DNA of 64,000 bases, taken from an uncultured Ignavibacteria bacterium. GTDB taxonomy: Bacteria > Zixibacteria > MSB-5A5 > RBG-16-43-9. Location of the stretch: NCBI GenBank assembly GCA_964511075.1, contig CAZEDM010000005.1, positions 135,427 to 199,426 on the forward strand, given 5' to 3'. The notes below the pieces were generated by a model. That model worked only from the letters and a program-made list of their open reading frames with translations, did no database searches and was not told where the DNA came from. Below, piece by piece: positions 1 to 11,361 of the stretch (position 1 is the stretch's first letter; the number at the start of each line of letters is the position of its first letter). A program made the position numbers and the translations under genes.

Positions 1-8
1 ACTTAGAT

Positions 9-1088
9 TTGTCTTCCGATAAAAGACTAGCTGTTAACCGTGTTTTTGTTCTTGGTGCGGGTTTCTCACGGGCGTTTGGGTTCACAACATCTGATAAGAT
101 TGTGAAGGGTGTGATGGATTTCTTTGCACCAAATATATCCAATCCATGGTTTAAGCACAATTATAGGAAGGTTAAGCAATGGCTTAACGTGTACTGCCCC
201 AACTGGCATCAAACAAGTCCCAGTCTGACCGACGTAGCTAACAAGTTTTTCCCTTATGATTTTCACAAGCAACATGCAACTATTGACCCAATATGCGCTT
301 ATGCAGACAAGGTGTCATGGGAAGATGATAACTATCCTTTTAAGCCTCCGGGATTCCACTATGATGAGGTCTTATTATCTTTTGAAGTTTTGTTGTGTAT
401 ATATCTCTTTGCTGGACTTCTCACGAATGAAGTCCTTGTCGACTGGGCTAATAAGCTTTTCCAACAGTTCAGGGGAGACGATTTTATTATTACCTTGAAT
501 TGGGACGTAATTTCTGAGACTCTTCTGACAATGAACGGTATACCTTTCACCAGATATGAATGGCATGCAGACTACGTCAAAGTCATCAAATTACATGGTT
601 CGATTGACCTAATTGGGCTTCCGAATGAAAAAATGCGAAACCACATTCGGAAGAACCCAAACGTTTTGGAATGCCTGACTCCGCTCCTTTGGCGAGTGGT
701 GACTTCCGAAGGTTTCTTTCCGAGAACTCACCCATGGCCTCTTGGGAGAGAGCTATTCCCTTGGGAATGGTACAACAAGTCTGCAGTTCTCATTATGCCA
801 CCTTACTATACGTATGGCTATGGATATAAGCTTATTCAGTTCAATTGGCTAAAGGCCATGACCGTTCTAGAACGGGCAAAAGAAGTTTTCATCATAGGCT
901 ATTCCCTATGCGAGAGCGATAAATCATTTTGCAGTCTTCTTGAAAGAGTTGGCAAGATTTGGCAACTCAAGAATCGTGTACAGGTTTGGAATCCCGATCC
1001 AGAAGTAGGTGAACGAGCCAAGATATTATGTGGAGAAAGCCGAATTGATTTTCACCAAAAACCAGCGTCAGAATTTAGATTTTGTTGA
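9..1088 (+). CDS. SIR2-like (SIR2_2 family) NAD-utilising protein; may be 5'-partial at the window edge
   Basis: N-terminal VFVLGAGFS Rossmann strand, DFIITLNWD (conserved Asn), KLHGSID (conserved His) and FIIGYSLCESD are the hallmark blocks of the stand-alone bacterial SIR2_2 domain. The ORF begins at a TTG 8 nt from the window edge with no upstream in-frame stop. Confidence 0.6.
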   Translation: MSSDKRLAVNRVFVLGAGFSRAFGFTTSDKIVKGVMDFFAPNISNPWFKHNYRKVKQWLNVYCPNWHQTSPSLTDVANKFFPYDFHKQHATIDPICAYADKVSWEDDNYPFKPPGFHYDEVLLSFEVLLCIYLFAGLLTNEVLVDWANKLFQQFRGDDFIITLNWDVISETLLTMNGIPFTRYEWHADYVKVIKLHGSIDLIGLPNEKMRNHIRKNPNVLECLTPLLWRVVTSEGFFPRTHPWPLGRELFPWEWYNKSAVLIMPPYYTYGYGYKLIQFNWLKAMTVLERAKEVFIIGYSLCESDKSFCSLLERVGKIWQLKNRVQVWNPDPEVGERAKILCGESRIDFHQKPASEFRFC

Positions 1089-1338
1089 GAATAGAAAAGA
1101 GGATGGTACTACTTAAAAGATTGCCTTTAACAATGGCTAACAAAGTACTTGAGGCTGACACCCAAAGGTAGTCCTTTTTAAGTACTCAAACCGTTATGCT
1201 AAACCCGGCAGGCAAATTTACAAAAGGATAGTAAATAACCATGATAAAAGCAATTTTTCGTCCATCATTATTATTCACAGTTTCATTTATAGGTTTCTTG
1301 TGGCTAATTTTTGCTTGCTTTAGAGGAAAGGAGAAAAT

Positions 1339-2121
1339 ATGCTTATCTGTATAGATATAGGAAACACCAGCACTGCTATAGGTATCTTTGTAAAAAACAT
1401 TTTGAGGAACCACTATAGAGTTTCCTCCAACCATTTTTTAACCGCGGACGAATGCGGGATTTTATTCATACAGCTTGTGGGAGAAATCAAGACCGAGAAG
1501 ATAAAAGGGGTGATCATCGCCTCCGTGGTTCCTGCCCTAACTTCTGTTTACCAGGAGATGAGCCAGAAATACTTGCACTCTGAACCAGTCATAGTCTCCT
1601 CAAAGCTTCCCTTGGGAATAAGGATACTTTATGATGACCCTGAGCAGGTAGGTGCAGACAGGCTGGCCAATGCAGTGGCTGCTTTTGAGCTATACGGAGG
1701 TCCGGCTATTGTGGTCGACCTGGGCACAGCTACCACTTTTGATGTTGTTTCCGAAAAAGGGGAATATCTGGGTGGAGCCATATCCCCTGGAATCGAGACC
1801 TCCTCAGCTAACCTTTTTAAGAAGGCTGCTCTTCTTTCCAAAATCGAATTAGGAAAACCCAAAAAAGTCATAGGCTTAAATACCCAAGATAGTCTTAGAT
1901 CCGGAATAATCTATGGAGCAGTCGGGCAGATAGATGAGATAGTAAGAAGAATAGAGAAAGAATTGGGCAAAAAAGCCAAGGTCATTGCTACTGGCGGCTT
2001 GGCAGATTTGATTTCCGAAGAATCTGCAACCATTAATAAGATAGATGCAACTCTCACTTTAAAAGGGCTCAAGATTATCCATGATAGAATTGTAAAATCT
2101 AAAAAATTCAAACAAAATTAA
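1339..2121 (+). CDS. coaX: type III pantothenate kinase
   Basis: MLICIDIGNTSTAIGIF N-terminus, ASKHA fold motifs (VVDLGTATTFD) and length about 260 aa. Confidence 0.85.
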   Translation: MLICIDIGNTSTAIGIFVKNILRNHYRVSSNHFLTADECGILFIQLVGEIKTEKIKGVIIASVVPALTSVYQEMSQKYLHSEPVIVSSKLPLGIRILYDDPEQVGADRLANAVAAFELYGGPAIVVDLGTATTFDVVSEKGEYLGGAISPGIETSSANLFKKAALLSKIELGKPKKVIGLNTQDSLRSGIIYGAVGQIDEIVRRIEKELGKKAKVIATGGLADLISEESATINKIDATLTLKGLKIIHDRIVKSKKFKQN

Positions 2122-2213
2122 ATAAATTTAAGTAAATTTAAAATAATGGGTTTGATAAACTTGATTCTCGTTATTATCTTAAATTTTTTTTTATTTATTG
2201 TTAATTTTTTTAC

Positions 2214-2242
2214 TTGATTTTTAAAAAGACATATTATATACT
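2214..2242 (+). promoter_or_regulatory. sigma-70-like promoter of groES-groEL (TTGATT, 17-nt spacer, TATACT)
   Basis: TTGATT at 2214-2219, 17-nt spacer, TATACT at 2237-2242, immediately upstream of the CIRCE element. Confidence 0.5.
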
Positions 2243-2252
2243 CTTTATTCCC

Positions 2253-2279
2253 TTAGCACTCTAAAAGCGAGAGTGCTAA
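2253..2279 (+). promoter_or_regulatory. CIRCE inverted repeat (HrcA operator)
   Basis: TTAGCACTC-N9-GAGTGCTAA is a perfect match to the CIRCE consensus, about 100 nt upstream of groES. Confidence 0.9.
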
Positions 2280-2385
2280 AAAAATCCTGTATCCTGAAGT
2301 AGGACTTAGAATAAGTAAAAAATTGGTGAAATTTTAAAGCATAAATAAACCCGATAAAATGGAATCAAAGAAAGGAGGAACAGCT

Positions 2386-2673
2386 ATGCAAGTTAAGCCT
2401 TTAGGCGACAGGGTCTTAATTAAGCCACTGGAGGCAAAAGACATGAAAAAGGGAGGGATTATCATCCCTGATACTGCCAAGGAAAAACCTCAGGAGGGGG
2501 AGGTAATCGAGGTCGGTCCAGGCAGAGTTACAGATGACGGTAAAAAGGTCCCCATGGAGGTAAAAAAGGGTGATAAGGTTCTATACGGAAAATATTCCGG
2601 CACCGAGATAACCATAGAGGATACGGAATACCTGATAATGAGAGAAAGCGACATCTTAGCTATATTAAGTTAG
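2386..2673 (+). CDS. groES: co-chaperonin GroES
   Basis: [14 protein letters not shown]... is a GroES signature. AGGAGG lies 8 nt upstream of the ATG at 2386; the track ORF starts earlier at 2359. Confidence 0.95.
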   Translation: MQVKPLGDRVLIKPLEAKDMKKGGIIIPDTAKEKPQEGEVIEVGPGRVTDDGKKVPMEVKKGDKVLYGKYSGTEITIEDTEYLIMRESDILAILS

Positions 2674-2700
2674 TCCCCAGCAGGGGAAAAAAGGAGGTAA

Positions 2701-4332
<1,632 letters not shown>

Positions 4333-4361
4333 AAAAGCATTTAGCCATTAGCTAATAGCTT

Positions 4362-4530
4362 ATAGGGGTAGACCTCCATGTCTACCCTGATGTAGGGGCG
4401 ACCCTTGTGGTCGCCCTTTTTATTCCCCTCTCCTTATAGGAGAGGGATAGGGTGAGGTCATTTTCGTAGTGCGGCCCTTCAGGGTCGCAAAGTTTTATGT
4501 AGCGGAAGACTTCAGCCTTCCATTCTTTCC
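4362..4530. repeat. cluster of REP-like GTAG-headed hairpins plus a partial copy of the 85-bp MITE-like element
   Basis: GGGTAGAC..GTCTACCC is a REP-like hairpin. CCCCTCTCC-ttat-AGGAGAGGG is the second half of the 6.2/7.8-kb element. ATGTAGCGGAAG..CCTTCCAT recurs at 21246-21285 and 30060-30085. Confidence 0.6.
4392..4420 (+). terminator. intrinsic terminator after groEL (GC hairpin plus T-run), itself a GTAG-headed REP copy
   Basis: GTAGGGGCGACC-cttg-TGGTCGCCC followed by TTTTTATT. Confidence 0.6.
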
Positions 4531-4655
4531 AATAACAGACACTAAAGACGCGCTCAGATTTCATCACGAACGATGCACTCCATATAAAATTCTAATTGAC
4601 TCTCCCTCAAATTTTATTATGATAAACTCAGGTTTTTCTATTTTATATTAAAGAC

Positions 4656-6053
4656 ATGGACCTTTTTGAGAAGGAAAAAGATAAGAGAATAAGCGATAAT
4701 CCGCCTCGCAGGGAGGAAACTCCCTTAGCTGACCGGATGAGGCCCAGGAACTTTGAGGAGTTTGTGGGACAGAAGCATATTCTCTCCCCAGGAAGCGTTT
4801 TAAGAAATGCCATCGAAAAAGGGGAGCTTCAGTCCCTCATCTTCTGGGGACCTCCGGGAACAGGCAAGACCACTTTGGCCTTTATCATAGCCAATTATAC
4901 CGGCGCAGATTTCAAAGCTTATTCTGCAGTTACCTCCGGGATAAAGGAGATCAAGGAGATCATAGCCTCTGCCACCAGACAGAAGAAGCTCTATAACCGG
5001 AAAACGATTCTATTCGTGGATGAAATCCACAGATTCAACAAAGCCCAGCAGGATGCCTTTTTACCCCACGTGGAAAAGGGAAACATAATCTTAATCGGCG
5101 CTACCACTGAAAACCCATCCTTTGAGGTGATCTCCGCCCTGCTCTCCAGAACCAAAGTTTATACCCTGAATCCCTTATCCGAACCAGAATTAAAACAGAT
5201 AATCGATGCTGCCTTAAAAGACAAGGAAAGAGGTCTGGGTAATTTCAAGATAACCTTAGAGGACAAAGCCAAAGATTTCATCTATCAGATGGCAAACGGC
5301 GATGCCCGGGTTGCCCTGTCCACCCTGGAGTTTGCTGTTATGACTACCTCTCCGGATGAAAAAGGGATAAGAAACATAAACTTACGGATAGCCCAGGAGG
5401 CTATGCAGAAGAAGGCTTTGGTATATGATAAGGCAGGAGAGGAGCATTATAATATAATCTCCGCATTACATAAAAGTTTAAGAGGCTCGGATGTGGATGC
5501 AGCCCTGTACTGGCTGGGAAGGATGCTTGCCGGCGGAGAGGATCCGCTTTACATCGCCAGAAGGTTAATCCGCTTTGCCACAGAGGACATCGGAAATGCA
5601 GACCCCCAGGCTTTGCAGGTAGCAATCGCCGCAAAAGAGGCATATCACTTTCTGGGAACGCCTGAAGGAGAGCTTGCCTTAGCCCAGACAGTTGTATATC
5701 TTGCCACAGCTCCCAAAAGCAATTCCATATATAAAGCCTTTGGAAAAGTGCAGAAGGAGATCCAGGAGACCCAGGCTTTACCTGTGCCCTTGCACATCCG
5801 AAATCCGGTCACCAAACTGATGAAGGAGCTGGATTACGGCAAGGATTACAAATACCCGCATGACCACCCGTATCATTTTGTGGATGAGGAGTACCTGCCG
5901 GATAATCTGAAAGGGAGAAGATATTATCACCCCACGGATTTCGGCTTCGAGAAAGAGATCAAGAAGAGAATGGAGTGGTGGCAGAAGAAAAAAGAAGAAC
6001 TGAGAAAAGGTAAGGAGAAAAACAAATCTAATAATTCGCAAAAGCAGAAATAA
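4656..6053 (+). CDS. rarA: replication-associated recombination protein A (AAA+ ATPase, MgsA/WRNIP1 family)
   Basis: [15 protein letters not shown], Walker [10 protein letters not shown], Walker [10 protein letters not shown], plus a Lys-rich C-terminal tail. Confidence 0.9.
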   Translation: MDLFEKEKDKRISDNPPRREETPLADRMRPRNFEEFVGQKHILSPGSVLRNAIEKGELQSLIFWGPPGTGKTTLAFIIANYTGADFKAYSAVTSGIKEIKEIIASATRQKKLYNRKTILFVDEIHRFNKAQQDAFLPHVEKGNIILIGATTENPSFEVISALLSRTKVYTLNPLSEPELKQIIDAALKDKERGLGNFKITLEDKAKDFIYQMANGDARVALSTLEFAVMTTSPDEKGIRNINLRIAQEAMQKKALVYDKAGEEHYNIISALHKSLRGSDVDAALYWLGRMLAGGEDPLYIARRLIRFATEDIGNADPQALQVAIAAKEAYHFLGTPEGELALAQTVVYLATAPKSNSIYKAFGKVQKEIQETQALPVPLHIRNPVTKLMKELDYGKDYKYPHDHPYHFVDEEYLPDNLKGRRYYHPTDFGFEKEIKKRMEWWQKKKEELRKGKEKNKSNNSQKQK

Positions 6054-6094
6054 AGTTGCTCGATTCATCCAGCCTGTTGGGAAAGAACAGTAAT

Positions 6095-6173
6095 AGTAGG
6101 TCAAGCATGGCGAAGCCTGCTTGACAAAAATAGAAAATGTCGAGCAAACCTTTCGGATATGCTTGACCTACGA
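6095..6173. repeat. palindromic element with GTAGGTCAAG...CTTGACCTAC termini (family B)
   Basis: Termini TAGTAGGTCAAGCATG / ATATGCTTGACCTACGA. Related copies at 12635-12715, 13262-13306 and 28321-28395. Confidence 0.55.
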
Positions 6174-6174
6174 A

Positions 6175-6300
6175 AACTCTCCCTTTATGGGAGAGAGTAG
6201 AGAGCGGAGTCAGATATTTCACCCTCCCTTTATCCCTCCCATCGAGGGAGGGAAATTCAATCCCCTCTCCCCTCGTGGGAGAGGGATAGGGAGAGGGGGA
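6175..6300 (+). repeat. 85-bp multi-hairpin MITE-like element, copy 1
   Basis: TTCACCCTCCCTTTATCCCTCCC-atcg-AGGGAGGGAAATTCAATCCCCTCTCCCC-tcgt-GGGAGAGGGATAGGGAGAGGGG. Near-identical copies at 7808-7892, 7908-7993 and in reverse at 41713-41795; half copy at 4424-4458. Confidence 0.8.
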
Positions 6301-6381
6301 ACATAACGCAAAAAAAGATGAACATCTAAAATAAGCTCAGACGATATCAAATAGCCCAATAATTGGGCAACTACAAAACAG

Positions 6382-7665
6382 GTGCTTATGTTTAAAAAAA
6401 TCTTCATATTATCTCTTTTCCTGCTTTTTATTTTACTCCTGTTTCCCCTTAATTCGGACGCTCAAAAGATTCTGGTCCCCATGGATTTTTCTCAGTCTGA
6501 CCATCTTAAAGGCTACGGCGTTGCCTACTGGTGCTTAAAACAGGGTTATACTGTGGAATGGCTTCTGAATTACAGAGCTGGCTCCTTTATGGCAGACTAC
6601 CGGGAGAATATCGCCGATCGCTGCAGGCTACAGGGCGTAACCTTCGAGAATATAGACTTAGCCCAAGCTGGCTCCATCTATCAGGAGATAGAGGAGAACA
6701 ATATGGAGGTGGTCTTGCTGGAGAAGGCTCCAGCCATTGCAGTATATGTCCCACCTAACAAGGAACCCTGGGACGATGCGGTAAGACTGGCTTTGGCTTA
6801 TGCTGAGATCCCCTATAAGACCTTATGGGATGTGGAGGTCTTGAAGGGTGAGCTGGAGAAATACGACTGGCTGCATCTGCATCACGAGGATTTCACCGGG
6901 CAGTACGGGAAGTTCTATGCCAGTTTCAGAAACGAGCCCTGGTACCAGGAGGAACAGGCAACCTGCGAGGAAATTGCTAAAAAATTAGGCTTCAAAAAAG
7001 TCTCTGAGGAAAAAAAAGCAATAGCTCGGGCAATCAAAAACTACGTGGCCCAGGGAGGGTTTCTTTTTGCCATGTGCTCTGCCCCAGAGACTATGGACAT
7101 AGCCTTATCTGCAGAGGATGTGGATATTGTGCCCCAGGAGTTCGATGGAGACCCTCCTGATCCCGATTGTCAGAAGAAGTTGGATTATTCCAAGACCTTT
7201 GCCCTTACCGACTTCATCCTGTCCTTAAACCCCCTGGAATATAAACACTCCGATATAGACACCTATTTAGACCGCTTCACCTGGGGCATAGATAAGCGCA
7301 ACGATTATTTTACCCTTTTCGATTTCTCCGCCAAGCTGGACCCAGTTCCCTCGATGCTGGTCCAGGACCATGTTAACGTGGTCAGGGGCTTTATGGGACA
7401 GACCACCGCTTTCAGAAAATCACTTTTGAAAAAATATGTTACCATCTTAGGTGAGGTAGAGGGGCAGGATGAGGTTAGATATATTCACGGTAATTTCGGA
7501 AGGGGAACTTTCACCTTTTTATCCGGGCACGACCCGGAGGATTACGAACACCGGGTAGGCGACCCACCCACAGATTTGAGCCTGCACAAGAACTCACCCG
7601 GCTACCGCTTGATTCTGAATAACATCCTTTTCCCCGCAGCCAAAAAAAAGGAGAGGAAAACCTGA
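6382..7665 (+). CDS. secreted hypothetical protein (signal peptide), flanked by MITE-like repeats
   Basis: Hydrophobic N-terminus MFKKIFILSLFLLFILLLFPLNSDAQ. No confident family match from sequence alone. The real start is probably the ATG at 6388. Confidence 0.5.
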   Translation: MLMFKKIFILSLFLLFILLLFPLNSDAQKILVPMDFSQSDHLKGYGVAYWCLKQGYTVEWLLNYRAGSFMADYRENIADRCRLQGVTFENIDLAQAGSIYQEIEENNMEVVLLEKAPAIAVYVPPNKEPWDDAVRLALAYAEIPYKTLWDVEVLKGELEKYDWLHLHHEDFTGQYGKFYASFRNEPWYQEEQATCEEIAKKLGFKKVSEEKKAIARAIKNYVAQGGFLFAMCSAPETMDIALSAEDVDIVPQEFDGDPPDPDCQKKLDYSKTFALTDFILSLNPLEYKHSDIDTYLDRFTWGIDKRNDYFTLFDFSAKLDPVPSMLVQDHVNVVRGFMGQTTAFRKSLLKKYVTILGEVEGQDEVRYIHGNFGRGTFTFLSGHDPEDYEHRVGDPPTDLSLHKNSPGYRLILNNILFPAAKKKERKT

Positions 7666-7715
7666 AGGGAATTCTATAGCAAAGATAGACACTATACAGG
7701 TGTTTGTTAGTAGAC

Positions 7716-7775
7716 GGTAGCCACGGCCTTTAGGTTGCGGGTCCTATAAGGCAGTCTAAAGTCTGCGGCTACCAA
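7716..7775. repeat. REP-like long imperfect hairpin (GGTAGCCAC...GCGGCTACC)
   Basis: Inverted repeat GGTAGCCACGGCC ... CTGCGGCTACC with a GTAG head. Confidence 0.4.
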
Positions 7776-7807
7776 CTAAGAAATATAAGAAATAAAGGAA
7801 AACATAT

Positions 7808-7892
7808 TCACCCTCCCTTTTTATTCCCTCCCGTCAAGGGAGGGAAAATTCAGTTTCCTCTCCCCCTGTGGGAGAGGACTAAGGAGAGGGTG
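7808..7892 (+). repeat. 85-bp MITE-like element, copy 2
   Basis: Roughly 85% identical to the copy at 6220-6300, same orientation. Confidence 0.8.
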
Positions 7893-7907
7893 CATAAGAA
7901 GATATAA

Positions 7908-7993
7908 TTCACCCTCCCCTTAATTCCCTCCCTTCGAGGGAGGGAAAATTCTGTTCCCTCTCCCCTGGTGGGAGAGGGGTAGGAAGAGGGGGG
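7908..7993 (+). repeat. 85-bp MITE-like element, copy 3 (tandem with copy 2)
   Basis: Same family; the two tandem copies are 15 bp apart. Confidence 0.8.
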
Positions 7994-8004
7994 AAAATAA
8001 TAAA

Positions 8005-9198
8005 ATGAAAACCCCGGTTAAAATCTATTACTTTATTCAGTTTCTCTCCAGTTTAGCCTTTGGCTCGATTATTCCCATCTATGTGCTTTATTTCAGGGAG
8101 TACCAGCTCAATCTTTTCCAGATAGCCCTGTTAGCCTCCGTATTTGAAGCCTCCATCTTAATAACCGAGCTCCCCACCGGGTATCTGGCGGATTTATATG
8201 GACGTAAGCTCTCGGTTATCCTTTCCAGCTTGTCTTTATTTTTCGGAGGAGCAGTTTTCATACTCTTTCCATCTCTGGCTGGATTTATCCTGGCTGAGAT
8301 TTTAGTGGGCCTGGGTGAGAGCTTAAAATCCGGAGCGTTAGATGCCTGGATAGTTGATTCCTTGAAATACCAGAATGAGGCTGAGAAGCAAAAAAAGGTT
8401 TTCGGAACAGGCACGAAATACAAAACCGCGGGAAATCTAATCGGGTTAATCTTCGGTGGCTATTTGGGTTTTTTTAATCTCAAGTTAACCTGGTTTCCTT
8501 TCACACTTATCTTTTTCTTCTCCTTTTTCTTCCTCTTTTTGTTTATGACGGAAGAATACCGCACAGGGACAGAGAGTACCCCTCACAGGGTAAAACCGCT
8601 CAAACAGTTGAGGGAAACTGTACGGGAAAGCTTTTCACTTCTGAGACTTGAAAAAACAATTTTGGCTCTGATTATCCTGGGGCTTTTTTCCGAATTCTCC
8701 TATGAAACCATAAGCCAGTATTGGCAGGTTCACTTCTATGAGGGTTTAAAGATAAGCCCGGAATATTTCGGCTGGATAGCTGCTGCCTCCTCTGTGATTC
8801 TGATATTATCTTTGAATCTGGTCATGAAACTATCCTCAAGGTTCAAATCGGAAGCCAACTTCGTGCTCCTGCTGCAGTTTGGCTTTATAAGCTCTCTTGT
8901 AATTATCGCCTTGAGCATAAGCCCTTTTTTAGCCATAATGCTCTTCGTTCTCTTACAGACATTCCAGGGGTTCAAGGAGCCTATTTTACTGGATCTGTAT
9001 AACAGATCCATCCCTTCCCACAGACGAGCTACCCTGCTTTCATTTATAAATCTTACCAATTCCACCGGGGAGGTCTTAGCCGGACTGTGTATCGGCATAA
9101 TTGCCTTAAAGTTAGGGTTAAGGGTAACCTTTCTTTTCGGTTCTTCTATCCTTGTGGTAGGAATAATCTTATTTTATCTGGTAAAAAAGAGAAGGTGA
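8005..9198 (+). CDS. MFS transporter
   Basis: About 12 predicted TM helices and the MFS loop motif GYLADLYGRK between TM2 and TM3. Confidence 0.8.
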   Translation: MKTPVKIYYFIQFLSSLAFGSIIPIYVLYFREYQLNLFQIALLASVFEASILITELPTGYLADLYGRKLSVILSSLSLFFGGAVFILFPSLAGFILAEILVGLGESLKSGALDAWIVDSLKYQNEAEKQKKVFGTGTKYKTAGNLIGLIFGGYLGFFNLKLTWFPFTLIFFFSFFFLFLFMTEEYRTGTESTPHRVKPLKQLRETVRESFSLLRLEKTILALIILGLFSEFSYETISQYWQVHFYEGLKISPEYFGWIAAASSVILILSLNLVMKLSSRFKSEANFVLLLQFGFISSLVIIALSISPFLAIMLFVLLQTFQGFKEPILLDLYNRSIPSHRRATLLSFINLTNSTGEVLAGLCIGIIALKLGLRVTFLFGSSILVVGIILFYLVKKRR

Positions 9199-9383
9199 GA
9201 GCTTTATCCTCTTACCCTTTCCAGATTTGGAATTATCACTAAAATGGAAACCTGCGTATTATAATTAAACCTTTGGCAATTGATATGTGTCTAATTTAAA
9301 TCAGGAGTTTCTGCAATCAGGCTTGAAAAAGGATTATTCCCCAGACTTTAATTTTTGAGCTTAAAGAAAAGAAAGGAAATCTT

Positions 9384-10613
9384 ATGAAGAAAGTTTTTGT
9401 CCTTATACCAATTTTGGTTTTACTTATCTTGGTTTTTTTGTTTTTCAGGGGAAAGGGAAAAAAATCAGAGGCTAATTATATAACGGCAGAAGTCCAGAGA
9501 GGGGATATTTCGATCATCATAACTGCAACCGGCGCCCTGGAAGCAGTGACCACAGTTCAGGTAGGCAGCCAGATCTCCGGCACCATCTCTGCCCTGTATG
9601 CGGATTTCAATGATCGGGTGAAAAAGGGGCAGGTCCTGGCCCAATTAGACCCCACCTTCCTAAAAGCCCAGGTTTCCCAGGCTCAGGCAGATCTGGAGAA
9701 AGCCACAGCCTCGGTCAGTCTCTCCAGTAAAGAATACGAGCGCTCTTTATCCCTTTATCAGAAGAATATGATCTCCGAATCGGAGAAAGACCTGGCTCTT
9801 ACCAATTATGAGCTGGCAGTAGCGGAGGAGAAATCTGCCCAGGCAAATCTGGATAGGGTTAAGACCAACCTGGATTACTCCACCATCACCTCTCCCATAG
9901 ATGGTGTGGTTATATCCCGGGATGTGGATGTGGGTCAGACTGTTGCCGCCAGCCTGCAGGCTCCTACCCTTTTCACCATCGCTCAGGATTTAACCAGAAT
10001 GCAGGTAAACACAAGCATTGACGAGGCGGATATCGGGAAGATAAAAGTAGGGCAGGAGGCACTATTTACGGTGGATGCCTATCCGGAACAGTCTTTTAGC
10101 GGAAAGGTGAGCCAGATAAGACTCGCCCCGGAGATCGTGCAGAACGTAGTGTCCTATGACGTGATTATCGAGGTCCCGAATCCTGATCTTTTGTTAAAGC
10201 CCGGGATGACTGCCAATGTGACTGTGCTGGTAGACCAGAGAGGGAATGTGCTCAAAGTCCCTTCTGGAGCCTTCCGTTTCCACCCGGCCAGTGAGGAGAA
10301 ATCTTCTTCTGTCAGGAAAGAGTCAAATCCCATGGCTCAGAGTATACCGTCATCCGATACCGGTGCAGTCAAGTCAAATCCCACAGGTTCCGGCAAGTCC
10401 GGTCAAAACGTTCTCTGGATTCTTGGTCCCCAGGGAATTCCAGAATCAGTCCCGGTTCAAATCGGGATATCAGATGGGTCCTTCACTCAGGTTATCTCCG
10501 ATAAGATCAAACCGGGCGATAAAGTGATCACCGGCCAGAACAACTCCGGGCCTTCCTCGAATAACCAGCAGGTGAATCCCTTCACTCCCAACTTCAGAAG
10601 AGGCAGGAGATAA
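9384..10613 (+). CDS. macA: efflux transporter periplasmic adaptor subunit (HlyD/MacA family)
   Basis: N-terminal TM anchor, a coiled-coil region, and ITATGALEAVTTVQVGSQISGTI beta-barrel/lipoyl motifs typical of membrane-fusion proteins. Sits upstream of the MacB-type ABC pair. Confidence 0.8.
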   Translation: MKKVFVLIPILVLLILVFLFFRGKGKKSEANYITAEVQRGDISIIITATGALEAVTTVQVGSQISGTISALYADFNDRVKKGQVLAQLDPTFLKAQVSQAQADLEKATASVSLSSKEYERSLSLYQKNMISESEKDLALTNYELAVAEEKSAQANLDRVKTNLDYSTITSPIDGVVISRDVDVGQTVAASLQAPTLFTIAQDLTRMQVNTSIDEADIGKIKVGQEALFTVDAYPEQSFSGKVSQIRLAPEIVQNVVSYDVIIEVPNPDLLLKPGMTANVTVLVDQRGNVLKVPSGAFRFHPASEEKSSSVRKESNPMAQSIPSSDTGAVKSNPTGSGKSGQNVLWILGPQGIPESVPVQIGISDGSFTQVISDKIKPGDKVITGQNNSGPSSNNQQVNPFTPNFRRGRR

Positions 10614-10617
10614 GCCT

Positions 10618-11361
10618 GTGCTCATATCCACGGAGAATTTAGTTAAAATCTATAAGCTTGGGGATTTCGAGATCAATGCCCTGAAAGGGATAAATCTGTC
10701 CATTGAGAAGGGTGAATTTGTAGCCATAAGGGGACCCTCCGGCTCGGGAAAATCAACCCTGATGCATATCCTAGGCTGTTTGGACCGGCCCACCAGGGGA
10801 AGATATTTACTTGAGGGAAAAGATATCTCCTCCCTGGACCGCAACAGCCTGGCTCAGATAAGAAACCGAAAGATAGGTTTCGTCTTTCAGGCTTTCAATC
10901 TTTTGTCCAGAACTACTGCTCTGGAGAATGTGGAATTACCTCTGCTGTATAACGGTAATTCCTCCCAAGGTAATCTCGAGAAGGCTAAAAAGGCATTATC
11001 CTTGGTGGGCCTGGAGGGAAGGGAAAACTCTTACCCCAACCAGCTCTCCGGAGGACAGCAGCAGAGAGTGGCAATTGCCCGTGCTCTGATCAACAACCCG
11101 GCGATAATCCTGGCAGACGAGCCTACCGGTAACCTGGATACCAGAACCTCTGTTGAGGTTATGGATATATTTCAATATCTGAATGAAAGCGGAATCACCA
11201 TCGTCCTTATCACCCACGAAAGGGACATTGCCTCTTATGCCAAAAGGAACATAACCTTCAGGGACGGAAAAATCATCAAAGACGAGATAGTCCAGACCTC
11301 CAGAATAGCCAGGGAGGAACTCCTCTCCTTGCCCCAGACAGATGTGGAGGAGGAGATATGA
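10618..11361 (+). CDS. macB: ABC transporter ATP-binding protein (MacB/LolD type)
   Basis: Walker [10 protein letters not shown], signature [15 protein letters not shown], Walker [15 protein letters not shown] start. Confidence 0.9.
   Translation: MLISTENLVKIYKLGDFEINALKGINLSIEKGEFVAIRGPSGSGKSTLMHILGCLDRPTRGRYLLEGKDISSLDRNSLAQIRNRKIGFVFQAFNLLSRTTALENVELPLLYNGNSSQGNLEKAKKALSLVGLEGRENSYPNQLSGGQQQRVAIARALINNPAIILADEPTGNLDTRTSVEVMDIFQYLNESGITIVLITHERDIASYAKRNITFRDGKIIKDEIVQTSRIAREELLSLPQTDVEEEI

Noticed and set aside
6121-6306. 61-aa plus-strand ORF (and overlapping minus ORF 6219-6407) rich in Pro/Gly/Arg
   Set aside because: It is simply translation through the 85-bp CT/GA-rich MITE-like repeat. 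The same pseudo-ORF appears at each copy.
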